In this document: piece after piece, positions 14,137-24,502 of the stretch
Position numbering within the stretch: position 1 is the stretch's first letter
Layout: the number at the start of each line of letters is the position of its first letter
Virus record (IMG/VR): IMGVR_UViG_3300038316_000210
Length of the DNA stretch: 24,502 nucleotides
Origin: a virus
Reading direction: 5' to 3' (one strand)
Translations under genes and position numbers: made by a program
Notes under the pieces: model-generated
The model's input: the letters and a program-made list of their open reading frames with translations, nothing else
What the model was told of the DNA's origin: nothing
Databases searched by the model: none

Positions 14137-15060
14137 ATGGGACAAAACGCAGGTTATACTACAACCGTTGAATATATTAAAGAGACTTCATTTGGCACAA
14201 AGCCTACTAATCCTGTAATGCAGTGGATAGGTATTGTTACTGATGCTAAGTTTACTGATAAACCGAAGTCATTTTCCACGCGGTATTTTACGGATGCTGC
14301 CTACACTGATCCGAAGTCTGCTGCCTACAAGCACATTAAGACTGTAATGGAAGCGGGCATTGAGATTGAGTATGTGCCACAGGACATTCTTGGTGGTTTC
14401 CTGGGTTATGCACTTGGCGGTGATGAAACTACTTGCACAGGACTTGCAGATGGTATTAATTCCGCTACGATTGGTGCAATTATCACAGGTGGAACGGATA
14501 AGTATCTTCTCTACGAGGGATGTGTAGTTGATGAGTTTACGCTTACTATCCCCGAAGATGATGTGCTGAAGTGTTCTGCTAAGTTTACTGCCGCTGATGC
14601 TGCCGCACCTTCCGCTACTGATTATAAGGGAACGGGCAGTAATGCAACTGAGAGCACCGATGCAATGCTTACGTGTGATGATGTAAGTGACATTCAGTTA
14701 AGTACAAACAACGGTTCTAACTGGGCTGACGCTACTGATGTCGTGCGTGAGATTGAGTTATCTATCTCGAATAAGAACGTTTATCTCAAGGATCTTGCAT
14801 CTGCAAACAGCACCCACATTGCAGGTGTTGTAAACGTGGGTAAGGACGTTAAACTTGGTCTTGAACTGTATTATGATGATCTTGACCTGCTCACACAGGT
14901 TCGTGCTCTTACACAGTGTGGATTCAAGTTTACCATTGATAGTAAGACGTTTACGCTTACGGGAGTTCAATTCCCTGAATATCCCCTTGATGTTAAACCT
15001 GATGAGGTTATTGGGGATAAGATTGAATCGCTGCAAATTACCGGGCTTACAATATCCTAA
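14137..15060 (+). CDS. major tail tube protein (start probably ATG 14137)
   Basis: YIKETSFGTKP N-terminus; YEGCVVDEFTLT motif; GAGGTTGA RBS 5 nt upstream. Confidence 0.85.
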   Translation: MGQNAGYTTTVEYIKETSFGTKPTNPVMQWIGIVTDAKFTDKPKSFSTRYFTDAAYTDPKSAAYKHIKTVMEAGIEIEYVPQDILGGFLGYALGGDETTCTGLADGINSATIGAIITGGTDKYLLYEGCVVDEFTLTIPEDDVLKCSAKFTAADAAAPSATDYKGTGSNATESTDAMLTCDDVSDIQLSTNNGSNWADATDVVREIELSISNKNVYLKDLASANSTHIAGVVNVGKDVKLGLELYYDDLDLLTQVRALTQCGFKFTIDSKTFTLTGVQFPEYPLDVKPDEVIGDKIESLQITGLTIS

Positions 15061-15083
15061 ATATTTTTTTCTTACTGATTATT

Positions 15084-15506
15084 ATGGTTAATGTTATTAT
15101 TAATAATGAAACGTATGAACTGTCTGATGAACCTTATCATGGTATTGTGCGTAAGGTTCGGAAGATGCAGAAAGCAATGCTTATTGAACTTCTATCCAGG
15201 TTCAAGGATGAACTTAACGATAGTATGAAAATTGAGGATGCCCTTGCTATGATTGCAAATAAGCATCCCGATGAGATTATAGAATATTCAGAGCGTGAGG
15301 AAGATTTTATTGTTGTTACTACGATTTCTCTCGCTACCAATAAGATGTGGAATATAGAGGACTTTGACACTGTTCCTATTGGGGAAATGGATAAGATTTT
15401 CCAACAGTGTAAGGATGTTCTTGGCGGCGATGTGAACCGTTTTTTCAGAGGTTACGCGACGAGTATACAGGAAGCGCCGAAGGAACTCAAGTTGAAGAAG
15501 AAGTAG
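15084..15506 (+). CDS. tail assembly chaperone (lambda gpG-like)
   Basis: Between tail tube and tape measure; slippery heptamer T-TTT-TTC at 15440-15446. Confidence 0.75.
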   Translation: MVNVIINNETYELSDEPYHGIVRKVRKMQKAMLIELLSRFKDELNDSMKIEDALAMIANKHPDEIIEYSEREEDFIVVTTISLATNKMWNIEDFDTVPIGEMDKIFQQCKDVLGGDVNRFFRGYATSIQEAPKELKLKKK

Positions 15507-15814
15507 GACAACTTTCTTTTTCAAGCAATAAAGTAGCAGAAGTGCGTAATAAACTCAAGGAACGTAAATATTTACGCAATCTCCTCGAAGATGATACTTA
15601 CTACAAGAAAATAGCGCGTTGGAAACAAGCATTGCGTAATGGGTCTGACGATGAAGATTTTGCAGACTTTGTATTAATTGATGCTTTTGGATGGTCCTGG
15701 GAACATTTGAACCAATTACCTGAACAAAAGTATCTTGCTATTTCTAAAATACTCTCTTTAAAGAACGCTAAAGAAGCAAAACAGGCTAAACGACAGAAGC
15801 AAAAGAAAAGGTGA
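15443..15814 (+). CDS. -1 frame extension of the chaperone (gpGT-like C-terminal part)
   Basis: The -1 frame is open from 15413 to 15814; there is no RBS before the nominal GTG at 15542. Confidence 0.7.
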   Translation, partial: FQRLRDEYTGSAEGTQVEEEVGQLSFSSNKVAEVRNKLKERKYLRNLLEDDTYYKKIARWKQALRNGSDDEDFADFVLIDAFGWSWEHLNQLPEQKYLAISKILSLKNAKEAKQAKRQKQKKR

Positions 15815-15820
15815 TGATTG

Positions 15821-18800
15821 ATGCAACTTGGAGATAATGACATTGTAATTTATGTTGGCGGTAATATTACTGACTTACAAAATAAGATGAGACAGGCACA
15901 AGGTGTTACCGCCGCTACCAGTGCATCAATAGCAGGAACAGTAGGACGTATGGGCGGTTCTATTGAAAGGACATTAAAAACCACAGGTAATACCATTGTT
16001 GGTGCTACTGGTGCTGCTTCTGTCGCAATGGTTTATCCTCTTACTCGTATTGCAGGTTCCATTTTTGAAATCGGTAGTGAACTTGACTCCATGTCACAGA
16101 AAACTGTATCAGTCTTTGACTTAATGGGTAGAAGTGTAAACGATGTTAAGAAAGATTTAGAAGATTTTGCTTTTTCACTTGCCGGTAATGCAATGTTCTC
16201 CGCTAATGAAATCATGGAGAGCATGTATGGCATGGCACAGTCAGGTATGCAGGTTGAAGATATTTACACTTTAATGCCTGAAGTTATCAACCTTGCAACT
16301 GCGCAAAACATGGATCTTGATACCACTTTTAGAATGTTATACGGAACATTGCAGGCATATAAATTAAATGCTTCTGATGCTACAAAAGTAACTCATGCTA
16401 TGGCAGCATCAATGAGTGCTTCAGTGCTTGATGCTGAAGATTTAGTTTACGCATTGAAATATATTAATCCTACATTTGCTGCACTTGGTTACAGTTATAA
16501 TGAAGGATTAACAATGATTGCAATGTTACGTGATTTAACTTTCACTGGTCAAAATGGTGGAAGAATTTTACGTGACGCTTTTACTGATTTAATCGCTCCT
16601 ACTTCTGAAGCAATAAATATTATGCGTAAGTGGGGCATTTCAGTTTATACAAATAGCGATGAAATAAATGGTTTAGTTGCTGAGTATTATAGTGCATCTG
16701 AAGCACTTGATCAGATGAAGAGTGATACATCTGCATCTAACGAAGAAATACAAAAACATAAAGATTTTATTATTCAGTTACAAGGGCAGATGGTAGGTTT
16801 AGATAAATCATCTGAGCATTATAAGAATTTAAAGAAGGCGCTTGATGAAGCACTTTACGCAGAACGTGTAATGAAGAATGAAGTCAAGAAATCAAGCACC
16901 GAAATTGATAATCAAATTGCAAAAGTAAAAGCCCTTGAAAAACAAGTTAATGATTTTTCTGCTACCGGAATGAAAGCGCCTGCTGAAATTCTTAATGAAT
17001 TATGGAAAGCACGCGAAGCGGGCATGACTGAAGGGGAGTTCTCTACTATTTTCGGTAAACAGTCATATGCCGCAATGATGCAACTCACCAGAGATAAGGA
17101 AAAATACGCTGAAGTTTTAGAGTATGTTACATACACTGAAGGTGAAGTGAATGAAGCGCAAAGACAATCTGATATTGTTACCGCTTCTACTGCTGCAAGT
17201 TGGACTATTTTAACCAATCATATTTCATCAGCGGCAGGTGAAATTTATAGATCAGTAGCACCTGCATTAAAGGTTTTATTTGATTCGTTAAATGAAAACT
17301 TCGATGGTATCAAAGAGTTTTGTATTCTTGTAGCACAGAACTTTGTTCCTATCTTACAGGATATTGCAAATCGCGTAATTGGTGTAGTTGAATGGTTTAA
17401 TAATCTCGATTCAGGTACAAAAGAACTTATTGCTAAAATAACTGCAATGGGTATTGCATTTACACTTATTGGCATTCCTTTAATGTTGTTTACTGGTATC
17501 ATTATATGGACACTTTCACCAATGGTAGGGCTTATTGGTAAGATTGGACTTGCAGTAGAGCGCATTGGTATCTTACGTGCTGGAATGATTGCATTTAACA
17601 AAGATGCAACAATCTTTGGCATGAATATAATGAATATTAAGGGCTCATTAAGTTCTTTTTTAACCACATTAACAAAAGGAACTAGCGCGAAAGGTATAAC
17701 CGCTGTTACTGGTGAAATATTTTCATCAACGAAAGCATTAGAAGCATTAGGTAGTGCAGGAATGATGATCAATCCTACACTTGTAACAACTGCTGCTACA
17801 ACGGCAACTGTGGGTGCTACTACGGCAGGAGTAGGTGCAACAATATTAGCGACACTTAGTTCAATTTTACCACCAATACTTATAGCAGTTGCAGCAATAA
17901 CCGCACTCTGGTTTGCCTGGAAGAATAACTGGTTTGGAATCAGAGATATTACTGCAAGTGTTATTGAGTTTATTACAGAACATTTCAAGGTTTTCTTTGA
18001 ATTTATTGATTCTACATTTGGTGTAATCTTTAATAGTATTTCAAATCTTATTGATGCCTTTATTAACGGTGATGTTAATGGTCTATTCAGTGCTTTAGGT
18101 AGTCTTATTGGTGGAATTGTAAGACTAACACTTGGTTTACCTGAAACGTTTTTAAAAATCGGTAGACAAATGATCATTGATCTGATCAGAGGTGTAATTG
18201 CTGAAGCACCAAACACTGGACCTGCGTTAATTAGATGGATTGTTGACGGTGGTATTCAAGAGTTTTGTTTAGCGGCGATTCGTGCTGCCGTTGATGCTGG
18301 AATTGCATTTGTCAAAGGTTTTATTGATGGAATAATGGGTAAGGCACCCGAAGTTAAAGATAAATCTAAACCTGTAGGACAATCAGTTTCAGAAGGTATT
18401 AATGAGGGCGCTGAAGCGGGATTATCAGACGTTTATAAGACAATGGAAGATGGTGCTGTAGAAAGTGCCAATGTCTTTAAGAAGAAGTTTGATGAATCTT
18501 TTAGTAAGTTAGACATGAAGAATATGTCTGATGATAATCAGATGCAGTTTAAGGCATTTGAGGCAACCAAAAACATAGTTGATTTAACTGATCTTGGTGA
18601 TGAAGAGAAACAGTTTATTGGTGAAGTGCAGACTATCATTGATGAAAATGGTGGTGAGATTCCCGCTAAACTAAAGAAAACCCTAGATGAGCAGATGAAA
18701 GAATCTAAACCGTTCTCTGCCTTCCATGAAGAGTTTAGGAAAGAATTTGATCTGATTCTCTACGAGTGGGCTGCTGTTGATTCTACCATCATCAGTAAGA

Positions 18801-19906
18801 TGAAAACGGGTTATAATCTTTCCAAACCGTTCATTAACTTTGACGATGGATTGCAGGATAGTGAGAAACAGTTAATCAACTTCCTTGACTCTGTTGCATC
18901 TGAATCTGGTAAGTTGCCCGAAGATATACAGTCTGCACTTAACACCAAACTGAAGATGAAACAACCACTTGATGAATGGTGGACTGATTTCTACTCAAAA
19001 TGGAAGGATACGGAAAAACTGATTGATGAACCTATAACCAAGACAGTCTCCCTTAAGATTGAAGTTGTTACTGATAATGTTATTGAAGATGAAACAGTAG
19101 AGATAGAAGAGAGTGCTGAAGAAGCATCATTACTTTATAATAATAATTTCTCTGATGTTCTTACGGGTAATACAAGTGCAACCGGACTTAAAGCGATTAT
19201 AAACGGCGAGATTGAAAAGACCGTTGATACGGCGGGTAAAACAGGTGAATTAGCAGCAAATAATTTTGCAGACACCTTTACTACCACAATTGAGGATAAA
19301 CAATTAATTGTAACAATTTATCCTTCAAATTACTTAGATAATCTTGATTACTCCGATTATAACGTAGATGATTATGATACAAGTGTAACACAGACTATCG
19401 ATACAACTGTCACACCTACAACTGATGAAGAGAAGAAAGAACAGGTAAAGGTTGATTCTAATACTGAAGGTAAGGAATTAGTTGAGTCCTACAAGAAAGG
19501 TGTAGAAGAAAAGAAACCAGAACTTGACGCTACTGTTGAAACAGTGAAAACAACAATCCTCGACAAACTAAATCTTGCAGAGAAAGCGTATGATCTTGGT
19601 TACACATTTGTTAATTCCTACACAAATGGAATATTAGCAGCACTTCCCGCGCTTCAAGCAGCAATTAATCAGATGAATGGTATTCTCGATAGTGTAGAAG
19701 AACCACCTGTCAGTGTTACGTATAATGTGTCTGCTGCAATGGTTAACTTCGAAGGTTTACCACAACTTCAGGGTGGTGGAACTACAAACAATTATGACAT
19801 TGACGTAAATCTGAATAATGCTACAATTCGTAGTGAGCAGGATATAGACAAACTTGCAGATGCCGTGTATGAACGTATCAGTAGGAATGCGGGGTTAACA
19901 GCATGA
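15821..19906 (+). CDS. tape measure protein (TP901-type core), about 1361 aa
   Basis: FSANEIMESMYGMAQSG, LVYALKY..TFAALG, GRILRDAF motifs; central TM-like segments; AGGTGA RBS 6 nt before ATG 15821. Confidence 0.93.
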   Translation: MQLGDNDIVIYVGGNITDLQNKMRQAQGVTAATSASIAGTVGRMGGSIERTLKTTGNTIVGATGAASVAMVYPLTRIAGSIFEIGSELDSMSQKTVSVFDLMGRSVNDVKKDLEDFAFSLAGNAMFSANEIMESMYGMAQSGMQVEDIYTLMPEVINLATAQNMDLDTTFRMLYGTLQAYKLNASDATKVTHAMAASMSASVLDAEDLVYALKYINPTFAALGYSYNEGLTMIAMLRDLTFTGQNGGRILRDAFTDLIAPTSEAINIMRKWGISVYTNSDEINGLVAEYYSASEALDQMKSDTSASNEEIQKHKDFIIQLQGQMVGLDKSSEHYKNLKKALDEALYAERVMKNEVKKSSTEIDNQIAKVKALEKQVNDFSATGMKAPAEILNELWKAREAGMTEGEFSTIFGKQSYAAMMQLTRDKEKYAEVLEYVTYTEGEVNEAQRQSDIVTASTAASWTILTNHISSAAGEIYRSVAPALKVLFDSLNENFDGIKEFCILVAQNFVPILQDIANRVIGVVEWFNNLDSGTKELIAKITAMGIAFTLIGIPLMLFTGIIIWTLSPMVGLIGKIGLAVERIGILRAGMIAFNKDATIFGMNIMNIKGSLSSFLTTLTKGTSAKGITAVTGEIFSSTKALEALGSAGMMINPTLVTTAATTATVGATTAGVGATILATLSSILPPILIAVAAITALWFAWKNNWFGIRDITASVIEFITEHFKVFFEFIDSTFGVIFNSISNLIDAFINGDVNGLFSALGSLIGGIVRLTLGLPETFLKIGRQMIIDLIRGVIAEAPNTGPALIRWIVDGGIQEFCLAAIRAAVDAGIAFVKGFIDGIMGKAPEVKDKSKPVGQSVSEGINEGAEAGLSDVYKTMEDGAVESANVFKKKFDESFSKLDMKNMSDDNQMQFKAFEATKNIVDLTDLGDEEKQFIGEVQTIIDENGGEIPAKLKKTLDEQMKESKPFSAFHEEFRKEFDLILYEWAAVDSTIISKMKTGYNLSKPFINFDDGLQDSEKQLINFLDSVASESGKLPEDIQSALNTKLKMKQPLDEWWTDFYSKWKDTEKLIDEPITKTVSLKIEVVTDNVIEDETVEIEESAEEASLLYNNNFSDVLTGNTSATGLKAIINGEIEKTVDTAGKTGELAANNFADTFTTTIEDKQLIVTIYPSNYLDNLDYSDYNVDDYDTSVTQTIDTTVTPTTDEEKKEQVKVDSNTEGKELVESYKKGVEEKKPELDATVETVKTTILDKLNLAEKAYDLGYTFVNSYTNGILAALPALQAAINQMNGILDSVEEPPVSVTYNVSAAMVNFEGLPQLQGGGTTNNYDIDVNLNNATIRSEQDIDKLADAVYERISRNAGLTA

Positions 19907-20952
19907 AGGCAGTTCTTCGTGGATTACGTGATTATAATGTTAATTCATACACGGTTACACTGAAGAGTAATGAGAAGAAATATTGCGTTGTTACTATTTC
20001 TGCAAAGGACTATTACACGCTTCAGAGTGAATCAGAGTTGATGTTAATTGTTGATGGAATGGAAATATTCACAGGTATAATCAACAAAATTAACTTTGAT
20101 TACCTGAATAATAAATACATTATTACCCTAGATGAACTTGCCTACAAATTAGCAATAGACTATGATTTGTTGAGTAAAAGTGCAAGTTTTGACATCACTT
20201 ACACTTCAATGACCTCTGATACCATTTTGTCAGAGATCCTCGCTGAAACAGCGTATACAGTGGGCTATGTGCCGTCACAGACTATTACAGAACTGAAGGG
20301 TGATAAACTTAATCGCTATGAATGGTTACGTTTGCTCGCTGATAATTGTGTTTGTGGTATAGATGCAAATGGTAAGTATACTACTGATTCTGCAAACATT
20401 GTCTCGGAACAGACTGCATGTGATGTGTGGACGGTAGGAAATGAGATTTATATTGGTGTAAATGGTTGCACTCGTAGTAATAAGTCAAGTCATGTTTGGA
20501 GTAAGAAAACATGCGATATAACCAATGCAATCATTGACATTCCTGAAATAGAGATTAATGTTCATCCTGTGCAGAAGGTTATTGTAATTGGTAAGAATAA
20601 TGTTACTGGAGAGGCAAGTGTAGGCACAAATCCTACTATTGTTATTACAGATGATTCGTGTGTGGATGTAGCAGCGTGTGAGAAACGTGCAAAGGATGAA
20701 TTGAGTAAACAGAATAAGTTTGCATCTCTTACCCTAAATGTCAATCCTGATTTGTTCTACTCGAAAGTTATTGAACTTGGTTGTCATGTTACCATAAGTG
20801 AACCTGCATTTGTAGCAGGGACGTATGAGATTATTGAGATGGAAATTTCTATTGATAAATGTAGCATCACACTTGATAGACCAAAGAAACGATTAGAAAC
20901 TATACTTGATGATTTAAAGCGTCGTATGAATTTAATTGAGAGGTGGAGATAA
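19903..20952 (+). CDS. baseplate hub/Tal-like protein
   Basis: Follows the TMP (ATGA overlap); YEWLRLLAD, KVIVIG, CEKRAKDEL, ELGCHVTI..GTYEI pattern of gp27/gp44-like hubs. Confidence 0.7.
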   Translation: MKAVLRGLRDYNVNSYTVTLKSNEKKYCVVTISAKDYYTLQSESELMLIVDGMEIFTGIINKINFDYLNNKYIITLDELAYKLAIDYDLLSKSASFDITYTSMTSDTILSEILAETAYTVGYVPSQTITELKGDKLNRYEWLRLLADNCVCGIDANGKYTTDSANIVSEQTACDVWTVGNEIYIGVNGCTRSNKSSHVWSKKTCDITNAIIDIPEIEINVHPVQKVIVIGKNNVTGEASVGTNPTIVITDDSCVDVAACEKRAKDELSKQNKFASLTLNVNPDLFYSKVIELGCHVTISEPAFVAGTYEIIEMEISIDKCSITLDRPKKRLETILDDLKRRMNLIERWR

Positions 20953-23844
20953 ATGTATATTGGAGATATTTATATTCCGTATGTATCGGAATTTTCAGCA
21001 AATAAAACCACCAAAGAGAGTAAAGAAACTAACTTTATCTCCGGCGATGCTGATCTTGATGAGACTGCACCTAAACTGAAAGAACTTACTATATCGGGTG
21101 TTGCAGCAGCGCATGGAAGTAAGACTTCTGATGATTACGCTAATGATCTTGAAGCAGCATTGATACGTAATTCTGCCTACAATATTGTTGAGTATAATAA
21201 TAAGAAGGGTTACTTTGTCCTTAATGATGTTGATATTCCTGACACGGTAGAGAATCAGAATGCGCGTGAGTTTAGTGGAACAGGTAAGTTTCTTCCTTCT
21301 GCCCGCTATGAATGTGCTTACCGCGTAGAGACTGATTACATTGAGAGTGATCTTGCAATTCAGTTTCCTCCTATCATCGCTCTTCCTACAGGTGCAACCA
21401 ACGTCAGAATCAAATCACCCTGGGAAATAATGTTTATTGATGAATGGCATGGAACTGTAGGTAGTGATGGTAAATTATCCATCTTTAAACCGTTCCCTAT
21501 CTTTGATTCTGATAACTATGTAACTGCAACATCCACGGGCGATAAGACTTTCATGGAGTCTGCTTATGGTTGTTACGTAACAGTCCTCAATGCACAAGAT
21601 GAAATAACAAAATGGACTACAGTAGTAGGCACAGATTTACCAAAGGGACGTTATAAGGTTGTATTCCGTTTGCAGGATTTAAATGTAACAGATGATATTG
21701 GCGTAACTGTAACGGGTAGTATAAGTGGTGAATTGATTAATGAAACCTTTACAACGGGTGATACTTATTGGGTTACAATCGAAACATCAGAGTTTGAAGT
21801 AATTACACATGAAACATTAACCATTGACATAAAGAAACTGACTGCAACTGCAAATACTATTGAAGTGAATTACGGGTTTGTTCTTCCTACGTATACTGCA
21901 AAGGTAGTGTTTGAGAATGATACTGAAGTAGATTGTGGTAATGTCAAGGTGTTTGATTCTAATGGTTCTACAATTGAATCAAATTGGAAACAAGTGTTCA
22001 ATTACAATCATGATTTCTCTACCGGAATAATTATTCAAAATTCATTCTTCCGTTGGCATGTGGATACAAATGAGATTTGGAACAATACAGGTGAATTAAC
22101 CAATTTAATTAATAATCAGGTAGGAAGATTATATCCACGCGCATTTAAGAATAATGATGTTAGTTACATTGTAAAGGAGATTCGACCTGATTTAGTTGAA
22201 ATAGAGTTTTCCTTGTTTGATGGTGAATCGGATGCAAATGCAACAGATTGTAGAGAGATAGTTCTTGCCCGTTTCACTCCTTTGTATGTTACCTTTGAAT
22301 TAATCCGTAATGGAACATTCAAGTGGGATTGGCACGTTGATTTCAGCACTATGCCTTCATGGAAAGCGATTAGCGCACCATCTGATTTAATGGTAACATC
22401 TTCATTGTCTAATACTGAACATACAAGTGAAAATGGTATTTTTACTGTTATATTTGATGAGTGTATTGCGGGTATTTGTAAATCAAAGAATAGTAGTGCA
22501 TTAGTGCTTGGTGAAGGTGGAATGTATGTAAACAATACTGCTGAATCAGGTAACTTCATGTTTACACTTTTCATGATTTCTGGTTCTTTAGGTTCACAGT
22601 ATATATTCCAAAATACTACCGATGTTAGTTTAACAAATGTGCAAAAAAATAGAATTTATGATAATTTTTCTATTGATTCATCAAGTGAATATATAGTAGA
22701 AAATGGTAGTAATTTTACTGAAACATATTCTAATGGATTGTTTATAAGAAGTAACAGTGATACGTTAATTACCAAGAAATTAAAGAATTTAAAATTAGGA
22801 ACAGGTAAATATAAACTTTACTTTACTGTTTTCACACGAAAAACAATTACACGCGAAGTAGGTATTATTATTGCAGGTGATCCTACTTATGATAATACTT
22901 ACTATGTGTGCTGTTTAGAACTCGATGCAACACAAGCAAATGGTGGTAATTTATCTAAGATTAAATTACTCAAATTCAAACAGAATCAAAATAGTCAGGG
23001 TTCTTATGGTGTAGATGGATATGGTGAATATGGATATGGTGCAGATGGTAGTGAAGTAGTTGCAGCGTCAAAAACAATAACTTGTCAGTCATATACTTCA
23101 CAATGGATTGAGTGTGAATATAATAATGAAAATAGAACTTTTGATATTTATTTCTATAATGCAAGTGATTCAAAACCCACAATACCCACATTGACGTATG
23201 TAGGTGATGAATCATTCGAGTATGGTAATATTGGTTTGTTTGCACGTTCTTCGGAAGCAGGAACAGATAATATTTACGTGTTTTTTAAACAATTAGAAGT
23301 AACCGATTCAATGATATATGAAAAAGCGGGTTATCCATTTATAGCAATCACAGGAACATCACACGGAGGAGCGGCTGCATCACAGAAAATAACAATATTT
23401 GATGGTATTATTGGAGAAGATATAGATGTTGGACGTTATAATTTAATTGTGCAAACAATTTCTACAAGTGCAACAAGTGAACTTACATTTTCATTTATAA
23501 ATGATACAAAATCTACAACATTAGCCATTGATACAGTTGAATCAAGTGAAATTATTGGTGGTGATGCAGTATTAACAACATATAATCATGTAATTGAATT
23601 TAAAGAATCGGAAATTGGTGATAATGCTATTATTACCATTGATAAAACAATCAGTGGTTATTATCCGTTAAATTTAATTACTTACGCTGCACTTATTCCA
23701 ATTTCAAATACAGAAAACAGTGAGATTGTTACACCGTCTAATCTCTCATTTGCATCGTTTAATGAACAAAACTATTACAGAAATCTTGAACCTAAAGAAT
23801 TTGGTTCAAACTTGTTAAATAGAAAGTATAAATCATATAGGTGA
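20953..23844 (+). CDS. large tail adsorption protein: Dit-like N-terminus plus several beta-sandwich/lectin-like domains
   Basis: N-terminal LKELTISG..NDLEA pattern; repeated L..G.Y.L motifs; ConA-like segment ending SFEYGNIGLF. Confidence 0.6.
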   Translation: MYIGDIYIPYVSEFSANKTTKESKETNFISGDADLDETAPKLKELTISGVAAAHGSKTSDDYANDLEAALIRNSAYNIVEYNNKKGYFVLNDVDIPDTVENQNAREFSGTGKFLPSARYECAYRVETDYIESDLAIQFPPIIALPTGATNVRIKSPWEIMFIDEWHGTVGSDGKLSIFKPFPIFDSDNYVTATSTGDKTFMESAYGCYVTVLNAQDEITKWTTVVGTDLPKGRYKVVFRLQDLNVTDDIGVTVTGSISGELINETFTTGDTYWVTIETSEFEVITHETLTIDIKKLTATANTIEVNYGFVLPTYTAKVVFENDTEVDCGNVKVFDSNGSTIESNWKQVFNYNHDFSTGIIIQNSFFRWHVDTNEIWNNTGELTNLINNQVGRLYPRAFKNNDVSYIVKEIRPDLVEIEFSLFDGESDANATDCREIVLARFTPLYVTFELIRNGTFKWDWHVDFSTMPSWKAISAPSDLMVTSSLSNTEHTSENGIFTVIFDECIAGICKSKNSSALVLGEGGMYVNNTAESGNFMFTLFMISGSLGSQYIFQNTTDVSLTNVQKNRIYDNFSIDSSSEYIVENGSNFTETYSNGLFIRSNSDTLITKKLKNLKLGTGKYKLYFTVFTRKTITREVGIIIAGDPTYDNTYYVCCLELDATQANGGNLSKIKLLKFKQNQNSQGSYGVDGYGEYGYGADGSEVVAASKTITCQSYTSQWIECEYNNENRTFDIYFYNASDSKPTIPTLTYVGDESFEYGNIGLFARSSEAGTDNIYVFFKQLEVTDSMIYEKAGYPFIAITGTSHGGAAASQKITIFDGIIGEDIDVGRYNLIVQTISTSATSELTFSFINDTKSTTLAIDTVESSEIIGGDAVLTTYNHVIEFKESEIGDNAIITIDKTISGYYPLNLITYAALIPISNTENSEIVTPSNLSFASFNEQNYYRNLEPKEFGSNLLNRKYKSYR

Positions 23845-23849
23845 TTAAA

Positions 23850-24491
23850 ATGGTAAATACATATACTACAAAACTTGGATTAGCGAAACCTGCTAACGGT
23901 GATGTTGATTGGCATATTCCGATTAATGAGAACTGGGATGATATTGATTCTAAACTTGGACCGCTTTATGAAGATATTACGAGCGGTGCAACTGAACTAA
24001 CATTAAGTAAAAAATTAAATGCAAATGAAATTAGTGTTGATAACTACACTTCTCTTAAAGTTAAATTATTTCCGTTTGATTCTATTGTAAAGACAGAAAG
24101 AGCAAAATATGATGGTTCAATGTCAAGTAAAGGAACAATGACACTAGGTACATTTACTGTTCCTTCAGAATATATAGAAGGAAGTATCATTGGTATTGAA
24201 GGATGGGTTCAAATTATTCAAGCCGAATCTTATACTGCTTCTGCATATATTAATGTTATAGTTAATGGTGTTACTGTAAAAACATTTCAAGCATATGCAA
24301 ATGGTTTTAGATTAACTATAAAAGTTGAATTTGAAGATTATATTTCTATTAAAGGTGATGATGTTATTACAGTAACATTAGTTGGTTCTCCTGCGGGAAG
24401 TGAGTATAATATTGCGGGCGCTTCCGGTGAAATAACATTCTATGGTGAAGATGTAATTCCGTTTACTTCTCCTAATCCTACATGGTCTTGA
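23850..24491 (+). CDS. tail fibre/receptor-binding protein (start ATG 23850)
   Basis: TTKLGLAKPANGDVDWHIPINENWDDIDSKL anchor motif typical of tail fibre N-termini; beta-rich C-terminus. Confidence 0.7.
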   Translation: MVNTYTTKLGLAKPANGDVDWHIPINENWDDIDSKLGPLYEDITSGATELTLSKKLNANEISVDNYTSLKVKLFPFDSIVKTERAKYDGSMSSKGTMTLGTFTVPSEYIEGSIIGIEGWVQIIQAESYTASAYINVIVNGVTVKTFQAYANGFRLTIKVEFEDYISIKGDDVITVTLVGSPAGSEYNIAGASGEITFYGEDVIPFTSPNPTWS

Positions 24492-24502
24492 AGGTGATAT
24501 AC

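Noticed and set aside
15504-15506. Pyrrolysine/TAG readthrough of the chaperone stop
   Set aside because: Another TAG follows in the same frame within about 30 nt; the downstream ORF is in the -1 frame and explained by the slippery site
17245-18216. 323-aa antisense ORF
   Set aside because: Shadow of the tape measure gene; no RBS, and explained by codon bias

Overview
A 24.5-kb segment of an AT-rich, tailed dsDNA virus or provirus (Caudoviricetes, long non-contractile tail). Several features point to an archaeal host: GGTGA ribosome-binding sites, BRE+TATA promoters of the AAANNTTTATATA type, tRNA genes without encoded CCA, and a tRNA intron with a textbook bulge-helix-bulge (BHB) motif. A methanogen host is plausible but only inferred. 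Layout: (i) 1-1044, largely non-coding and hairpin-rich; (ii) two tandem paralogous HNH endonuclease genes; (iii) 1751-6633, a leftward block of about 17 small hypothetical early-type genes; (iv) 6660-7500, an AT-rich repeat array with GC-rich hairpins (candidate origin/control region); (v) a leftward operon of five tRNA-shaped genes followed by a PQ-loop-like membrane protein: Leu(UAA), an anticodon-less tRNA-like RNA, Thr(UGU), a second anticodon-less tRNA-like RNA, and Gln(UUG) with a 66-nt BHB intron; (vi) a free-standing LAGLIDADG endonuclease; (vii) 9346-24491, a late operon: protease-scaffold, decoration protein, encapsulin-like major capsid protein, neck/tail completion genes, tail tube, tail chaperone with a -1 frameshift site, tape measure, hub, large adsorption protein and tail fibre. 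No terminase, portal, integrase or polymerase is in the window. All family assignments come from motif recognition by eye, not from database searches.
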